Assembly (NCBI RefSeq): GCF_964213995.1 | Contig: NW_027590476.1 | Location: 1-64,000, forward strand | From: Mustelus asterias | Taxonomy: Eukaryota | Reading direction: 5' to 3' | DNA length: 64,000 nucleotides | Part shown: in pieces, positions 11,771-23,950 of the stretch | Layout: every line of letters begins with the position of its first letter | How positions within the stretch are numbered: position 1 is the first letter of the stretch | Program-made: the position numbers and the translations under genes | The notes under the pieces: generated by a model | What the model saw: the letters and a program-made list of their open reading frames with translations, nothing else | What the model was told of the DNA's origin: nothing | Database searches by the model: none

Positions 11771-12390
11771 CACCCACAGAAACATAGTGAATGTTGAGAA
11801 GTTCTTTGTTTTAACACAGCGTATCACTGAATGGGACTCTGAATGACGGTAACTGGCAACATCCCATAATAGTCTGATTAGTCAGAATGTCAATCACCAG
11901 TCTCGCTCAGAATGAGGAGAAAGTGAAGCTCCCCTCTCTACTCCCCTTCCCCACCATTGACAGTCCTGGCCTCTGCAGCAAATTCCCGTCTGCAAATAAA
12001 ACCCGGATTGATCCATCTTCATCATTACGAACAAAAGCCTGTTTGCAGCTGAAGCTCTGATATTGTGTGATTATATTTTTTTCTAACCAAATGCCATGTT
12101 TTACCAATTGATTAATAATGCGTGTTAGTTAATTGACTGTTCTTTTGTTCACAGCCGTTCAGTGTGACGATCAAAGCTCCCATCCTGAGCAGATGCTGTC
12201 TCGGGAAAGGGAATCGCTTGAACTGAACTGTCGGATCCCCGATGGTTCTGGTATCTGTTGGGTGAATGTTTGATCCGATGTTATTCTGGTTTCCTCTCGC
12301 TGTATTTGAACAGCTGACAGCGCCGCTGTTCATTGTGACTACCTGCCCGCGATTCTAAACAACCCGCAGCAGACAGGAGCACCTATCTAG

Positions 12391-12429
12391 AGTTTTCCTA
12401 CGGCTGTGGGAATGTTTTCTATTACTGTG
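12391..12429 (-). other. Recombination signal sequence, 23-bp spacer (degenerate)
   Basis: CACAGTA-ATAGAAAACATTCCCACAGCCGT-AGGAAAACT directly after YYCAFS. Confidence 0.75.
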
Positions 12430-13159
12430 AGACTGAAAGCGCAGTAATACGCAGCAGAGTCAGTCCACTACAGACCCAATGTATTTAAACTAGTCACTTT
12501 TTTCCCACTCTGGAGTTGCTGCAAAATCTGCTTTATCCTCAGTATCCCAGGAGCTTTTACTCACGATAAATTCCGTTTGTAGATCTGGGAGCTGTCGATA
12601 CCAATCTAAATAAAGTTTAGATTTATTTATTTGTCAGAAGTAATGTTTGCATTAACACTGAAATGAAGTTACTGTGAAATCCCCTCGGTCGCCACACTCC
12701 GGCGGCTGTTCGGGTCAATGCACCTAACCAGGACGTCTTTCAGAATGTGGGAGGAAACCACAGCACGCAGATGAAACCCACGCAGACACAGGGAGAACGT
12801 GCAAACTCCACACAGACAGTGACCCAAGCCAGGAATCAAACCCGCGTCCCTGGTCCTGTGAAGCACTGTGCTACCCTGCCGCCAGTGCCAGCAATAATAG
12901 TTGCTGGCTGTGGCATCAAAGGTGCAGGTCATTGTCACCGCTTCTCCTTGTGCCTTAACATCTGAGGAGCGTCGCTGAGTCACAGAATCTTAGTTAGATC
13001 TGGAAAGAGAAGAAATATAATCACATCTGAACAGTTCAGGCTATAGGGTGCTAAGATTTGAACCGTGCTTGATAAATGCGAGAAAAGATGAAATGTATTT
13101 AATCTCCAAGCACCTGCTCGGAATGATCCGCACACAACCCAGATGCTGAGCAGCCGCAT
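12430..13159 (-). pseudogene. TCR alpha/delta-type V pseudogene (leader 13159-13114; V exon 12999-12430 interrupted by a SINE)
   Basis: Leader MRLLSIWVVCGSFRA|GT; V reads DSVTQRRSSDVKAQGEAVTMTCTFDAT...[SINE]...WYRQLPDLQTEF...KADFA...TDSAAYYCAFS; FR3 deletion and stop. Confidence 0.85.
12610..12885 (-). mobile_element. HE1-related SINE inserted in the V exon
   Basis: CTGTCTGTGTGGAGTTTGCAC core and AATAAAT tail; same subfamily as about 26575-26850 and 28225-28505. Confidence 0.75.
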
Positions 13160-13949
13160 TGTCGCTTTCCTCTGTGTAAAAGTGAGTTGGGTATTTGACG
13201 GTATCTGTTCTACATCCCACTCCCAATAATCTGTTGTTGCCTCAAAATGTCTTCACCTCACTTCTTGTATCCCTGGGGACGCTGTGAACCCAGTGGATGC
13301 TGAGCTGGTGATTCGCAAATGGAATCATCCCGAGCTGGGTGACTCATTCTCAGATTTTGGTTCCAGAATTCACGAGCAGAGCGAGTGTCACTGTCTGGAT
13401 ATACTGACCCCGGATATCGATCTTTTGGTTTTATTCCATTCGTACTTTCGAATTCCCATTGTCTCATTTGCAGGTAACGGCGACTCCCACTCAGGGGATT
13501 TGTTTTTCTTCACACTTTCAAAGGATTTCACAATCGCGGCCGATGCTATTATGTGTCGTTCATCCCTAATAGACCCAAGGGATTTGGTTGACATTTTGCT
13601 GGTGCTCGTGCCGAAGGCTCCCAACATAAAAGCTGCTCATTCACTATTAGAGCTAACCAAAGCTAACATAAAGTGTATGAAGGACGAGGGCGCCAAGGGT
13701 GTTTTGAAAGGAACAATGCGGTCCAGTTAAAAAGAAATGGCAACAGTTATTCAGTAAAATGAGGCGTTACTGACCGATTTATGCAGTCTGCGATGCGTCG
13801 AGCAGCAGATGGGGTCAGACAAAATGTGGTGTGTCGTTCAGGGAAAAAATAAATAAAACATCTTGTTAACGTTCATGTTAGCTTAAACGTTCATCATCGA
13901 TTTCAAAATTGAACACAGTATACATGTGAAATACTTCATTCATTGCTCT

Positions 13950-15645
13950 TCCTGCCAGATGTGGGGGTTCAGGGAGCATTCTAGTGGCCCTGACGGCTAT
14001 GTCTGCGGTAAGTTTGACTAGCTACAGCTCCTCACACACAGCATGGTTCGGTTGGAGCAGCAGCTGGACACACTACGGAGAATCCAGGGAGTATAAAGCA
14101 TGATGGACACTGGCTTCAAAGAAGTAGTCACAACACTGATCCAGATAGGTCGATGGATGACCTCCAGGAGAGGCAGGCAGGAAATGCAAGAGTCTCCTGT
14201 AGCTATTCCCCTCCCATACATATATACCTTTATAGATTTTGTTGGAGGTTGGGGGAAGATAGACTCTCAGGAGGAAATACCAGCAACAACCAAGCCTGTG
14301 GCAACACAACGGGTTCTGCTGGAGAGCAAGGTCGGGCTAGGTCTTAGCGAGTGATAGTAGAAGGATTCTCGATAGTCAGGGACACAGAATGACGTTTCTG
14401 AGGCAGCGAACGACACTCCCGGATGCAGTGTACAAGGATCCATGGCTGTCTCTGAGCAGGTACAGGGCATATGAAACGGGAGGGTAAACAGACAGATATC
14501 ATTGCCCACATTGGCGCCAACGACATAAACATGAAGAGGGAGGAGTCCTGCAAAGACGTTTCTGGGAGTTAGGTAGGAATCTACAAAGCAGGACCACGAG
14601 GATAGTAATCTCAGGATTGCTGCCAGTGCCACGTGCTATTGAGGCTTGTCACTGGGATGTCTTCTGTTGTTTGCACTGTATATAAATGATCTGAAGGAAA
14701 ATGTGGGTGGTCTGATTAGTAAGTTTGCAGATGAAATCAAGATTGGTGGAGTTACTGGTAGTCCTGGGGATTGTCAGAGGATACAGCAGGATCCAGTTAG
14801 ACTGGAAACTTGGGCACTGAAATGCCAGATGGAGGTAAATCGGGACAAATGCGAGGTAATGCATTTTGGAGGATCAGATTTAGGTGTGAGTTACACTGTA
14901 AATGGCAGAACCCTTCGGCACATGAACATACAGAGAGATCTGGGCATGTGGGTACACATCCACCAAAAAGAGGCAACACAGGTGACCAAGGTGATAAAGA
15001 AGGAATATGGCATCCTTACATTCATCGGCCGGGGCATTGAGTAAAATAGTTGGAAAGTCATGTTGCAACTATATAAAACGTTTGTTCTGGCGCATTCAGA
15101 GTATTGTGTGCAGTTTCCGTTGCCACAGTACCAGAATGACGTGGAATCTTTGGCGAGAGTGCAAAGAAAGTTCACCAGGACGTTGCCTGGTCTCGAGGGT
15201 GTTGGCTGTGAGGAGAGTTTGAATGATCTAGGATTATTTTCACCAGAAGGACGGAGGCTGAGGGAACTGAGAAGACCAGACAGAGGTCTGCAAAATTACG
15301 AGAGGCATAGACAGGATGGATAGTCAAAGGCTTTTTCCCAGGGCGCAAGTGTCATTTACAAGGGGGGCAGTGGTTCAAGGTGAGAGGGGAAAATTTTAAG
15401 GGAAATGTATAGGAGAAGTCTTTCACACAGAGAGTGGAGGGTGCCTGCAACGCGCTGCCAGAGAAGGTTGTGGAAGAAGAGACATAAACAACTTTTAAGA
15501 GGCATCTGGATGCGTGCATGAAAAGGGAGGGATCTAGATCGAGTAAGCATAGGAGGTTTTTTTAGTTAGGGCATTATGATGGGCATGGACCTGGAGGACG
15601 GAAGGGCCTGTTTTTGTGCTGTACTTTTCCTTGTTCAATGTTTTT
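13950..15645 (+). mobile_element. Degenerate CR1 LINE (ORF1 remnant joined to the RT/3' end)
   Basis: ORF1-like QESPVAIPL; RT-like LFALYINDL...SKFADE...KCEVMHFG; many stops. Confidence 0.8.
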
Positions 15646-16065
15646 TGTACGAAATCAATTAAATAAACGAAATAACTGAAACGCAAAAGGACAAAAGAGT
15701 TTCTAACATGACAGAGACAGGACGAGCTGGTTTTGTGTTCGAGTTCAGGCTTGAATTTAGCATTTACCATTAGTGCATCTAATTAATGGTGATGCCAATT
15801 GTTGCGGGTTTTGATATCAGCCTTTTAATTGATCACAACTTTACCCTTTGAGTGAGCCAGAAAAGTAACAGAGTTTTCTTTAAAAGATTTTAATATAAGC
15901 TTGAGCAACGACCCTGGGAAACTACAGTTCATATCCGTGGTTAGAAAGTTAGCCAGAGATATTTCATGATACAAAGGCAACTAAAGTTTTCAAAATCAAT
16001 GACAAGTAATTAGCATAAACCAATCACAATCACTTTATGCTGACTTCATTATAACATCCAATCAA

Positions 16066-19037
16066 CAAAGAACAAAGAACAAAGAACAGTACAGCACAGG
16101 AAACAGGCCCTTCGGCCCTCCAAGCCTGTGCCGCTCCTTGGTCCAACTAGACCAATCGTTTGTATCCCTCCATTCCCAGGCTGCTCATGTGACTATCCAG
16201 GTAAGTCTTAAACGATGTCAGCGTGCCTGCCTCCACCACCCTACTTGGCAGCGCATTCCAGGCCCCCACCACCCTCTGTGTAAAAAACATCCCTCTGATA
16301 TCTGAGTTATACTTCGCCCCTCTCACCTTAAGCCCGTGACCCCTCGTGATCGTCACCTCCGACCTGGGATAAAGCTTCCCACTGTTCACCCTATCTATCC
16401 CCTTCATAATCTTGTACACCTCTATTAGATCTCCCCTCATTCTCCGTCTTTCCAGGGAGAACAACCCCAGTTTACCCAATCTCTCCTCATAGCTAAGACC
16501 CTCCATACCAGGCAACATCCTGGTAAACCTTCTCTGCACTCTCTCTAACGCCTCCACGTCCTTCTGGTAGTGCGGCGTCCAGAACGAGACGCAGTACTCC
16601 AAATGTGGCCTAACCAGCGTTCTATACAGCTGCATCATCAGGCTCCAGCTTTTATACTCTATACCCCATCCTATAAAGGCAAGCATACCATATGCCTTCT
16701 TCACCACCTTCTCCACCTGTGTTGCCACCTTCAAGGATTTGTGGACTTGCACACCTAGGTCCCTCTGTGTTTCTATACTCCTGATGACTCTGCCATTTAT
16801 TGTATAACTCCTCCCTACATTATTTCTTCCAAAATGCATCACTTCGCATTTATCCGGATTAAACTCCATCTGCCACCTCTCCGCCCAATTTTCCAGCCTA
16901 TCTATATCCTGCTGTATTGCCCGACAATGCTCTTCGCTATCCGCAAGTCCAGCCATCTTCGTGTCATCCGCAAACTTGCTGATTACACCAGTTACACCTT
17001 CTTCCAAATCATTTATATATATCACAAATAGCAGAGGCCCCAGTACAGAGCCCTGCGGAACACCACTGGTCACAGACCTCCAGCTGGAAAAAGACCCTTC
17101 GACCACTAACCTCTGTCTCCTATGGCCAAGCCAGTTCTTCACCCATCTAGCCACTTCTCCTTGTATCCCATGAGCCTTAACCTTCTTAACCAACCTGCCA
17201 TGTGGGACTTTGTCAAATGCCTTACTGAAATCCATATAGACGACATCCACGGCCCTTCCTTCATCAACCGTTTTTGTCACTTCCTCAAAAAACTCCACCA
17301 AATTTGTAAGGCACGACCTCCCTCTTACAAAACCATGTTGTCTGTCACGAATGAGATTGTTCCGTTCTAAATGCACATACATCCTGTCTCTAAGAATCCT
17401 CTCCAACAACTTCCCTACCACGGACGTCAAGCTCACCGGCCTATAATTTCCTGGGTTATCCCTGCTACCCTTCTTAAACAACGGGACCACATTCGCTATC
17501 CTCCAATCCTCAGGGACCTCACCCGTGTCCAAAGAAGCGACAAAGATTTCCGCCAGAGGCCCAGCAATTTCATCTCTCGTCTCCCTGAGCAGTCGAGGAT
17601 AGATGCCATCAGGCCCTGGGGCTTTGTCAGTTTTAATGTTCCCTAAAAAACCTAACACTTCCTCTCTCGTAATGGAGATTTTTTCTAACGGGCCAACGCC
17701 TCCCTCCGAGACACTCCCGGTTAACACGCCCCTCTCCTTCGTGAATACCGATGCAAAGTATTCATTTAGGATCTCCCCTATTCCCTTGGGTTCTAAACAT
17801 AATTCCCCTCCTTTGTCCCTGAGAGGTCCGATTTTCTCCCTGACAACTCTTTTGTTCCTAACGTATGAATAGAATGCCATCGGATTCTCCTTAATCCTGC
17901 CTGCCAAGAACATCTCGTGACCTCTTTTTGCCCTTCTAACTCCCCGTTTGAGTTCTTTCCTACTCTCTCTGTATTCCTCCAGAGCTCCATCTGTTTTCAG
18001 TTGCCTGGACTTAACGTACGCCTCCCTTTTCATTTTAATCAGATCCTCAATTTCCCTGGTTATCCACGGCTCTCGAATCCTACCTTTCCTATCTTTCCTT
18101 TTCACAGGCACATGCCTATCCTGCAGCCTTATCAATGGTTCCTTAAAAGACTCCCACATGCCAGACACGGACTTACCCTCGAACATCCTCTCCCAATCAA
18201 CATCCACCAAATCCTGCCTAATCCGGCTATAGTTAGCCTTCCCCCAATTTAGCACCCTGCCCGTAGGACAGCACTCATCCTTGTCCATTACTATCCTAAA
18301 GTTAACAGAGTTGTCGTCACTATTTGCCACATGTTCCCCTACCGAAACTTTGACGACCTGACCGGGCTCATTTCCCAGAACGAGGTCCAGTATAGCCCCT
18401 TCTCTAGTCGGGCTATCTACATACTGTTTCAAAGAACCTTCCAGTACGCATTTTACAAATTCCTCCCCGTCCGGACCCCCAGCTCCACGCACTTTCCAGT
18501 CTGTGCCAGGGAAATTAAAGTCCCCCACTACAACAACGCTATTTTTTCTGCACCTATCCAGAATCTCCTGACATATCCTTTCCTCCACTTCCCGTGGGCT
18601 GTTGGGTGGTCTGTAGTGCACCCCCAGCATAGTGACTGCACCCTTCCTGTTTCTGAGTTCCACCCACAGCGACTCAGTACACGACCCCTCTCAGTTGTCT
18701 ACCCTCTGCACCGTGGTAATATGCTCCTTAACTAATATCACTACTCCCCCACCTTTTTTAGCCCCTCCTCTGTCTCGCCTAAAACACTTATACCCCGGAA
18801 TATTCAGCTGCCAGTCCTGTCCTTCTTTTAACCAAGTTTGCGTCACTGCAACCACATCCAAATTCCGCATAAGCATTAAGGCCCTAAGTTCGTCTGTTTT
18901 ACCCGTTACGCTCCTCGCATTGAAGCAGATGCACTCCAGACCTCCAGGCCCACTCAGGTCATCCTCCTCCAGAGTGCTCCTCTTCTTAGCTAGCCTTGCC
19001 CTGGCCCCCAGCTCAACCCCAGCCTCAGTATTTACTG
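16066..19037 (-). mobile_element. Young 5'-truncated CR1 LINE with nearly complete ORF2
   Basis: 838-aa ORF 16147-18663 (APE endonuclease C-part, then GVPQGSVLGP and FADD RT motifs) in frame with 18691-18876 across one stop; (TTCTTTG)n tail; ATCAA on both flanks. Confidence 0.95.
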
Positions 19038-19490
19038 ATCAAGAAAACTTAATAGTACAGCTCGCTTTTGTATCTGTGAATCACTCCCATTTTCCAGTAG
19101 TAGATGTCTAATTCAGGTGCTGTGCCAGTCTAATGGCCTTGGTGTCTCTCTATGAAGCTGTTATAAGAAGACTTTTGTTTTTCATCCTGTGTGAATTTTA
19201 AACTTGTGTGACGATTAGCTATTTTACTAACGCATGGTTTTGAGGGAGGGGGACAATGGAATTTGCAGCCAGCACTTTTGTTCATAAAAATAATAGAATC
19301 ACCCACCTTGTCACCCACCGGCAAGAAACCAGGAGTTAATTTGTTTGTTAACCGAAGTGTGAGTAATGTGCATTGTTATAATGTAATTGATCCTCTGGAG
19401 ACGCTCACACAGAATAAATGAGATGCCCTTGGAGCGTGTGGCATAGCTAAGGTGAGCGGGTTGGAGAGTTTTCTCCCTTTGTGAAAAACG

Positions 19491-21734
19491 ATGCATGGAC
19501 CAGCGAATGGCCCTTTCTATGCCGTTTACTATCCCGTTCTCGCTGCAGTTGGTATTCCAGGTAATTTTTTAATTCCAAAAAGAACTTCGTTTTTGTTCGC
19601 GATGATTATATTGGTTGCATTGTGATGTCTCGACAGAATAGAATGGAGTGAATATTAATCATTCATGTAACTTCTGATATTCAATAATACTTGTTCTTGT
19701 TAGAAATATCTAAATGATTTGGAGGAAAATTTAACTGGTTTGATTCGTAAGTTTGCAGGCGACACAAAGATTGGTGGAATTGTGGATAGGGATGATGACT
19801 GTCAGAGGATGCATCAGGATATAGATTTGTTGGAGATCTGGGCAGAGAGATGGTAGATGGAGTTCAATCCGGAGAAATGTGAGGTAATGCATTTTGGAAG
19901 GTCTGATAAAGATGGGAAATAGACAGTAAATGGCTGATCCCTTAAGAGTATTGATAGGCAGAGTGATCTGGGTGTACAGCTACGCAGGTCACTGAAAGTG
20001 GCAACGCTGGTGGAGAAGGTAGTCAAGATGGCATATGGCATGCTTGCTTTCATCAGCCAGGGTATTCAGTTGAAAAATTGGCAAGTCATATTGCAGTCTT
20101 ATTGAATCTTAGTTATGCCGCACTTGGGAAATAATGTTCAATTCTGTTCGCCACACTACCAGAAGGATGTGGAGTCATTGGAGAGGGTACAGAAAAGATT
20201 TTCGAAAATGTTGCCTGGTAGGAAGGGCATTAGCTATGAGGAGAGGTTGGAGAAACTTGATTTGTTCTCACTGCAACGACGGAGGCTGAGGGGCGACCTG
20301 ATAGTCGTCTAAAGGATTATGAGGGTCATGGACAGAGTAGATAATCAGAAGGTTCTTCCCAGGGCACAAGAGTCAATTACTAGGAGGCATAGGTTTACGG
20401 TGTGAAGGGCAAATATTAAAGGACATTTACGAGGCAAATTCTCTACACAGAGAGTGGTGGGTGCCTGGAACTCGCTGCCAGGTGAGGTAGTGGAAACAGG
20501 TGCAACCGTGACTTTTAAGTGGCGTCTTGACAAGTACATGAATAGGATGGGAATAGAGGGATAATGTTCCCAGATTGGTCGGGTATTTTTTTCAGTTCAG
20601 TCGGGCAGCATGGCCGGTGCAGGCTTTTAGGGCCGCAGTGTCTGCTCTTGTCCTGTAATTTTCTTTGTTCTTTGTTATTTGTTCTTAAAACGTGAAACCT
20701 TCTGGTGTAGATCTTCTGTTAAATATGAGGTTTGTGGGCTTCAATTCAAACGATAATGCCCTGACCAGGATCCGAAAAGAAAGGCCTAATGTTTGGAATC
20801 AGATTTTCAACATTTTTAACCCTCCCTTACAGCCAATTTGATGGCTATCGTGATCCTATCCAGAGGACGGCGTGGACTGTCCCAGTGCATCACCTACTAC
20901 CTGGTGGCAATCGCGGTGACTGATTTCCTGGTTATGATTTCTGCTGTCATCCTCAACCGGATTGGTGGTATTTACTTTCGATATAGTGTCCTCTCCACCA
21001 CCCCCGGGTGCACGGTCAGCAGCGTCCTGGTATATACCACCCGTGATGGGTCCGTCTGGCTGACTGTAGCCTTCACCATCGACCGTTTTGTGGCCATCTG
21101 CTGCCAGAGCCTGAAGACCATATACTGCACCGAGAAAACAGCATTGCTGGTTATCGGAATAGTCTGTGCACTGAGCTGTGTCAAAAACATCCCTTTCTTC
21201 TTCACCTATCAGCCCTTGTATATCCTAGACGGGGTGCCTTGGTTCTGTGATATCAAGTCCACCTTCTACACGTTAACCATCTGGCAGGCCTATCTCTGGC
21301 TAGACCGCATATTAACACCATTGTTTCCATTCTTCCTGATCCTGCTGCTCAACGCTCTGACTGTGAGGCACATCTTAGCAGCCAGCAGGGCCCGCAGGAG
21401 ACTCCGGGGTTCCGAGAGTCGGGGAGACATGGAGATGGAAAACCGCAAGCGGTCTATTGTCCTGCTTTTCGCCATCTCCCTCAGCTTCCTCCTCCTGTGG
21501 GTCATATATGTCGGTCATTTCCTCTACGTACAGATTTCGGGTGAGCCATACTTCACCGGCCTGGATTTCAATGACCCGCAGTACATCCTTCAGGAGACGA
21601 CCAACATGCTGCAACTACTTAGCTCCTGTACTAACATCTTCATTTACGCAGTGATTCAGACCAGATTCAGGGAAGAGATCAAGAACCTGTTGATGTCTCC
21701 GTTCGCCACCCTCAAAGGTTTTCTGAAACGGTGA
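19491..21734 (+). CDS. GPR139/GPR142-like class A GPCR, two exons join(19491..19560,20833..21734), 323 aa
   Basis: Exon 1 MHGPANGPFYAVYYPVLAAVGIP|GT, phase-1 AG acceptor into ANLMAIVIL; seven hydrophobic segments, FTIDRFVAIC, SSCTNIFIY; AATAAA near 21850. Confidence 0.9.
19715..20685 (+). mobile_element. CR1 3' fragment in the GPCR intron
   Basis: KFAGDTKIGG, KCEVMHFG and SPHYQKDVE motifs with stops; TTCTTTG tail. Confidence 0.85.
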
Positions 21735-22096
21735 AAGACTATAGAAACGTTTGCTTTTCTCAGTTAAAGCCTCATTACACATTACCTGCCACCATTGTCT
21801 GCCTTCCATCCTAATGTCTCAGTACATGCCACTTTATGTCCGTCAGCTGAATAAAAAAGTCAATGTTTGGGACCCACTTCGAAAACCTAAGGACTATAAT
21901 GCCGGCTAAGAGTTCTCTGTCACCAGAACTGAAGCAGTGTTGCATTGTTGGCGGTTTCTTGTTTGTTGGTCTGATACATAACCCATGCAATGCGCCTGCA
22001 ATCTGAGTGAAATTCCAGTGACCTCAGGGTCATTTTGCCAAAGAAGAATGTCAGGAATTTATCCCAGAGCCTTGGGTTAATATTTATGCTTAATTG

Positions 22097-22289
22097 GCAC
22101 CCCTGAACCAATCCCCTGCCCATCAATCTAACTCGTTGCAGAGTAAAGCAAAACAGATATCGTGGCTGGAATTTCGAAATGTGAGAGTTGAAGACACCGT
22201 TTCCTATTACGGTGAAGCTCCGTACTGGTATGATGACTGGTCTGGGACTCACAATGGAAGCAACCTGAACAGATATCTGTGCAAAATTA
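22097..22289 (+). pseudogene. Internally deleted V-segment remnant resembling NAR-TCR/IgNAR V, with RSS
   Basis: APLNQSPAHQ (FR1-like) fused to KQISWLEFRNVRVEDTVSYYGEAPYWY (FR3, Cys codon TGT to GGT), then CACAATG-24 bp-GCAAAATTA. Confidence 0.55.
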
Positions 22290-23537
22290 CAATATAAATT
22301 GTCTGGAAATGGAGAGTGAAGTGCCGTCTTAATGTTATTATCGTTTTAATCAGCTTTAATTTAATTGTAATTTTCACAATTCAGTTATAATTGCTGGAAT
22401 ATAATGATAAATATCTGTTTTTTTAACCAGTAATCCGTTTATGTCGTTCATTGGAAGGGAACACCCGCAATCACTGTTACCATAAAGACATTGGTTACAG
22501 AGACTCCATTGAGATTCCCCTAAGATGTTAGCAACCAGTGAACCAACACTGAACTCATGTTGGAATGTTAATAACAGTTACTGAACAATCCATTGAACTA
22601 GTGAAAGAATCAACTGTCCCTTTAAATCGCCTTGATCAACATTTCAAACAGTGCACCCCACCCGAAACCTGCTCGCCCTCTCCCCCCGCCCCCCACCGCC
22701 CCAACCACCCCCCCCTCCCCCCCCCACTCCCACCCCGCCTCGTCCCTCTCGCTATCTTATAGAACTTTTATCCATGAGGCCTTGAATCCCTTCAACTGCA
22801 CCATCCAACAATTCCAGTTAATCTTCTTGCTGCATTCTTCCTAAAGCTTTGTTTCACTGTCCTGTTTCGACGACAAATATTTATCCGCCGTAAGATTCCG
22901 TTCCAGGATTAAATTATCTCAAACCAATTAAACAACGGGAGCTATTGAAGCATTTGATCGAGTCAAAGCTTTCTTAAGGTGTTGAATATCATCCGAATTC
23001 CGATGTTACAGTCAGATCATATTTGTTCTGACCACGGTCTGAAATGTCTTTTAAAAAATCTTAAAAATCCACTGCGGAAACTGGAAGTCTGAAATAAAGA
23101 CTGAAAATGCTGGGCTGTACCAGTCGTACTGACAGCATCTGTGGAGAGAGAAAAAGAGTTAATATTTCGAGTCCTGTGGACTGATGGCTGCAACGGATAC
23201 AATGGCCGATTGGCTGAAAGGCCTCTTTCCGTGCTGCAAAATCCTGTGCCTTTTATGATCCTATTTCGGAACTGCCCACCAGTTTATATTATGGAGGCCA
23301 TTGTCTCTGTGTACATTAGAATCGATCTTGTCTTTGTTACAGTTCGTACAGAACCTCTCTGTTTATATTACAAAAAAAACACACACTCTTAATACGCTTG
23401 ACCCTCTTTCAGTATCTACTGAACTGGACCCAGTCTTCCTTCATATCAGTGCAGGTGATGTGTCAATAATTGGTGTACTAGGCCTTTTCTTTGTATTATT
23501 AAATTGTATTATTAAATTATTAAATTGTATTATTAAA

Positions 23538-23950
23538 ACTGCGTGGGTTTCCTCCGGGTGCTCTGGTTTCCTCCCACAGTCCAAAGATGTGCGGGTTAGG
23601 TTGATTGGCCATGCTAAAATTGTCCCTTAGTGTCCTGGGATGCGTGGACTAGCGGGTAAAATATGTAGGGATATGGGGGTGGGATTGTTGTCGGTGCAGA
23701 CTCGATGGGCCGAATGGCCTCTTTCTGTACTGTAGGGTTTCTATGATTTCTATGATTTCTATGATCATGTTAGGTGTATTAGCCATGCTAAATTGCCCCT
23801 TACTGTCGAAAGATGTGTAGGTTATATGGATTCGCTATATTAAATGCGCGTGGTTTAAGGGATATGACAAAGACGAGGGCCTAGGTGGAATGCAGAAGCA
23901 TTGGGTCAGATGGTCCCTTTCTGCACTGTAGAGTTATATGGTTCTATGTC
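23538..23950 (+). mobile_element. Two tandem HE1 SINE 3' fragments
   Basis: Similarity to 1716-1950; (TTTCTATGA)n tail. Confidence 0.75.

Noticed and set aside
16570-19111. Many plus-strand ORFs of 60-160 aa
   Set aside because: Antisense shadows of the CR1 ORF2.
22415-22490. Possible J segment (WKGTPAITVT) after the NAR-like V remnant
   Set aside because: No proper F/W-G-X-G motif, no credible heptamer and no splice donor.
22655-22745. C-rich tract (G-quadruplex potential on the minus strand; Pro-rich ORFs)
   Set aside because: Simple low-complexity sequence with no linked feature.
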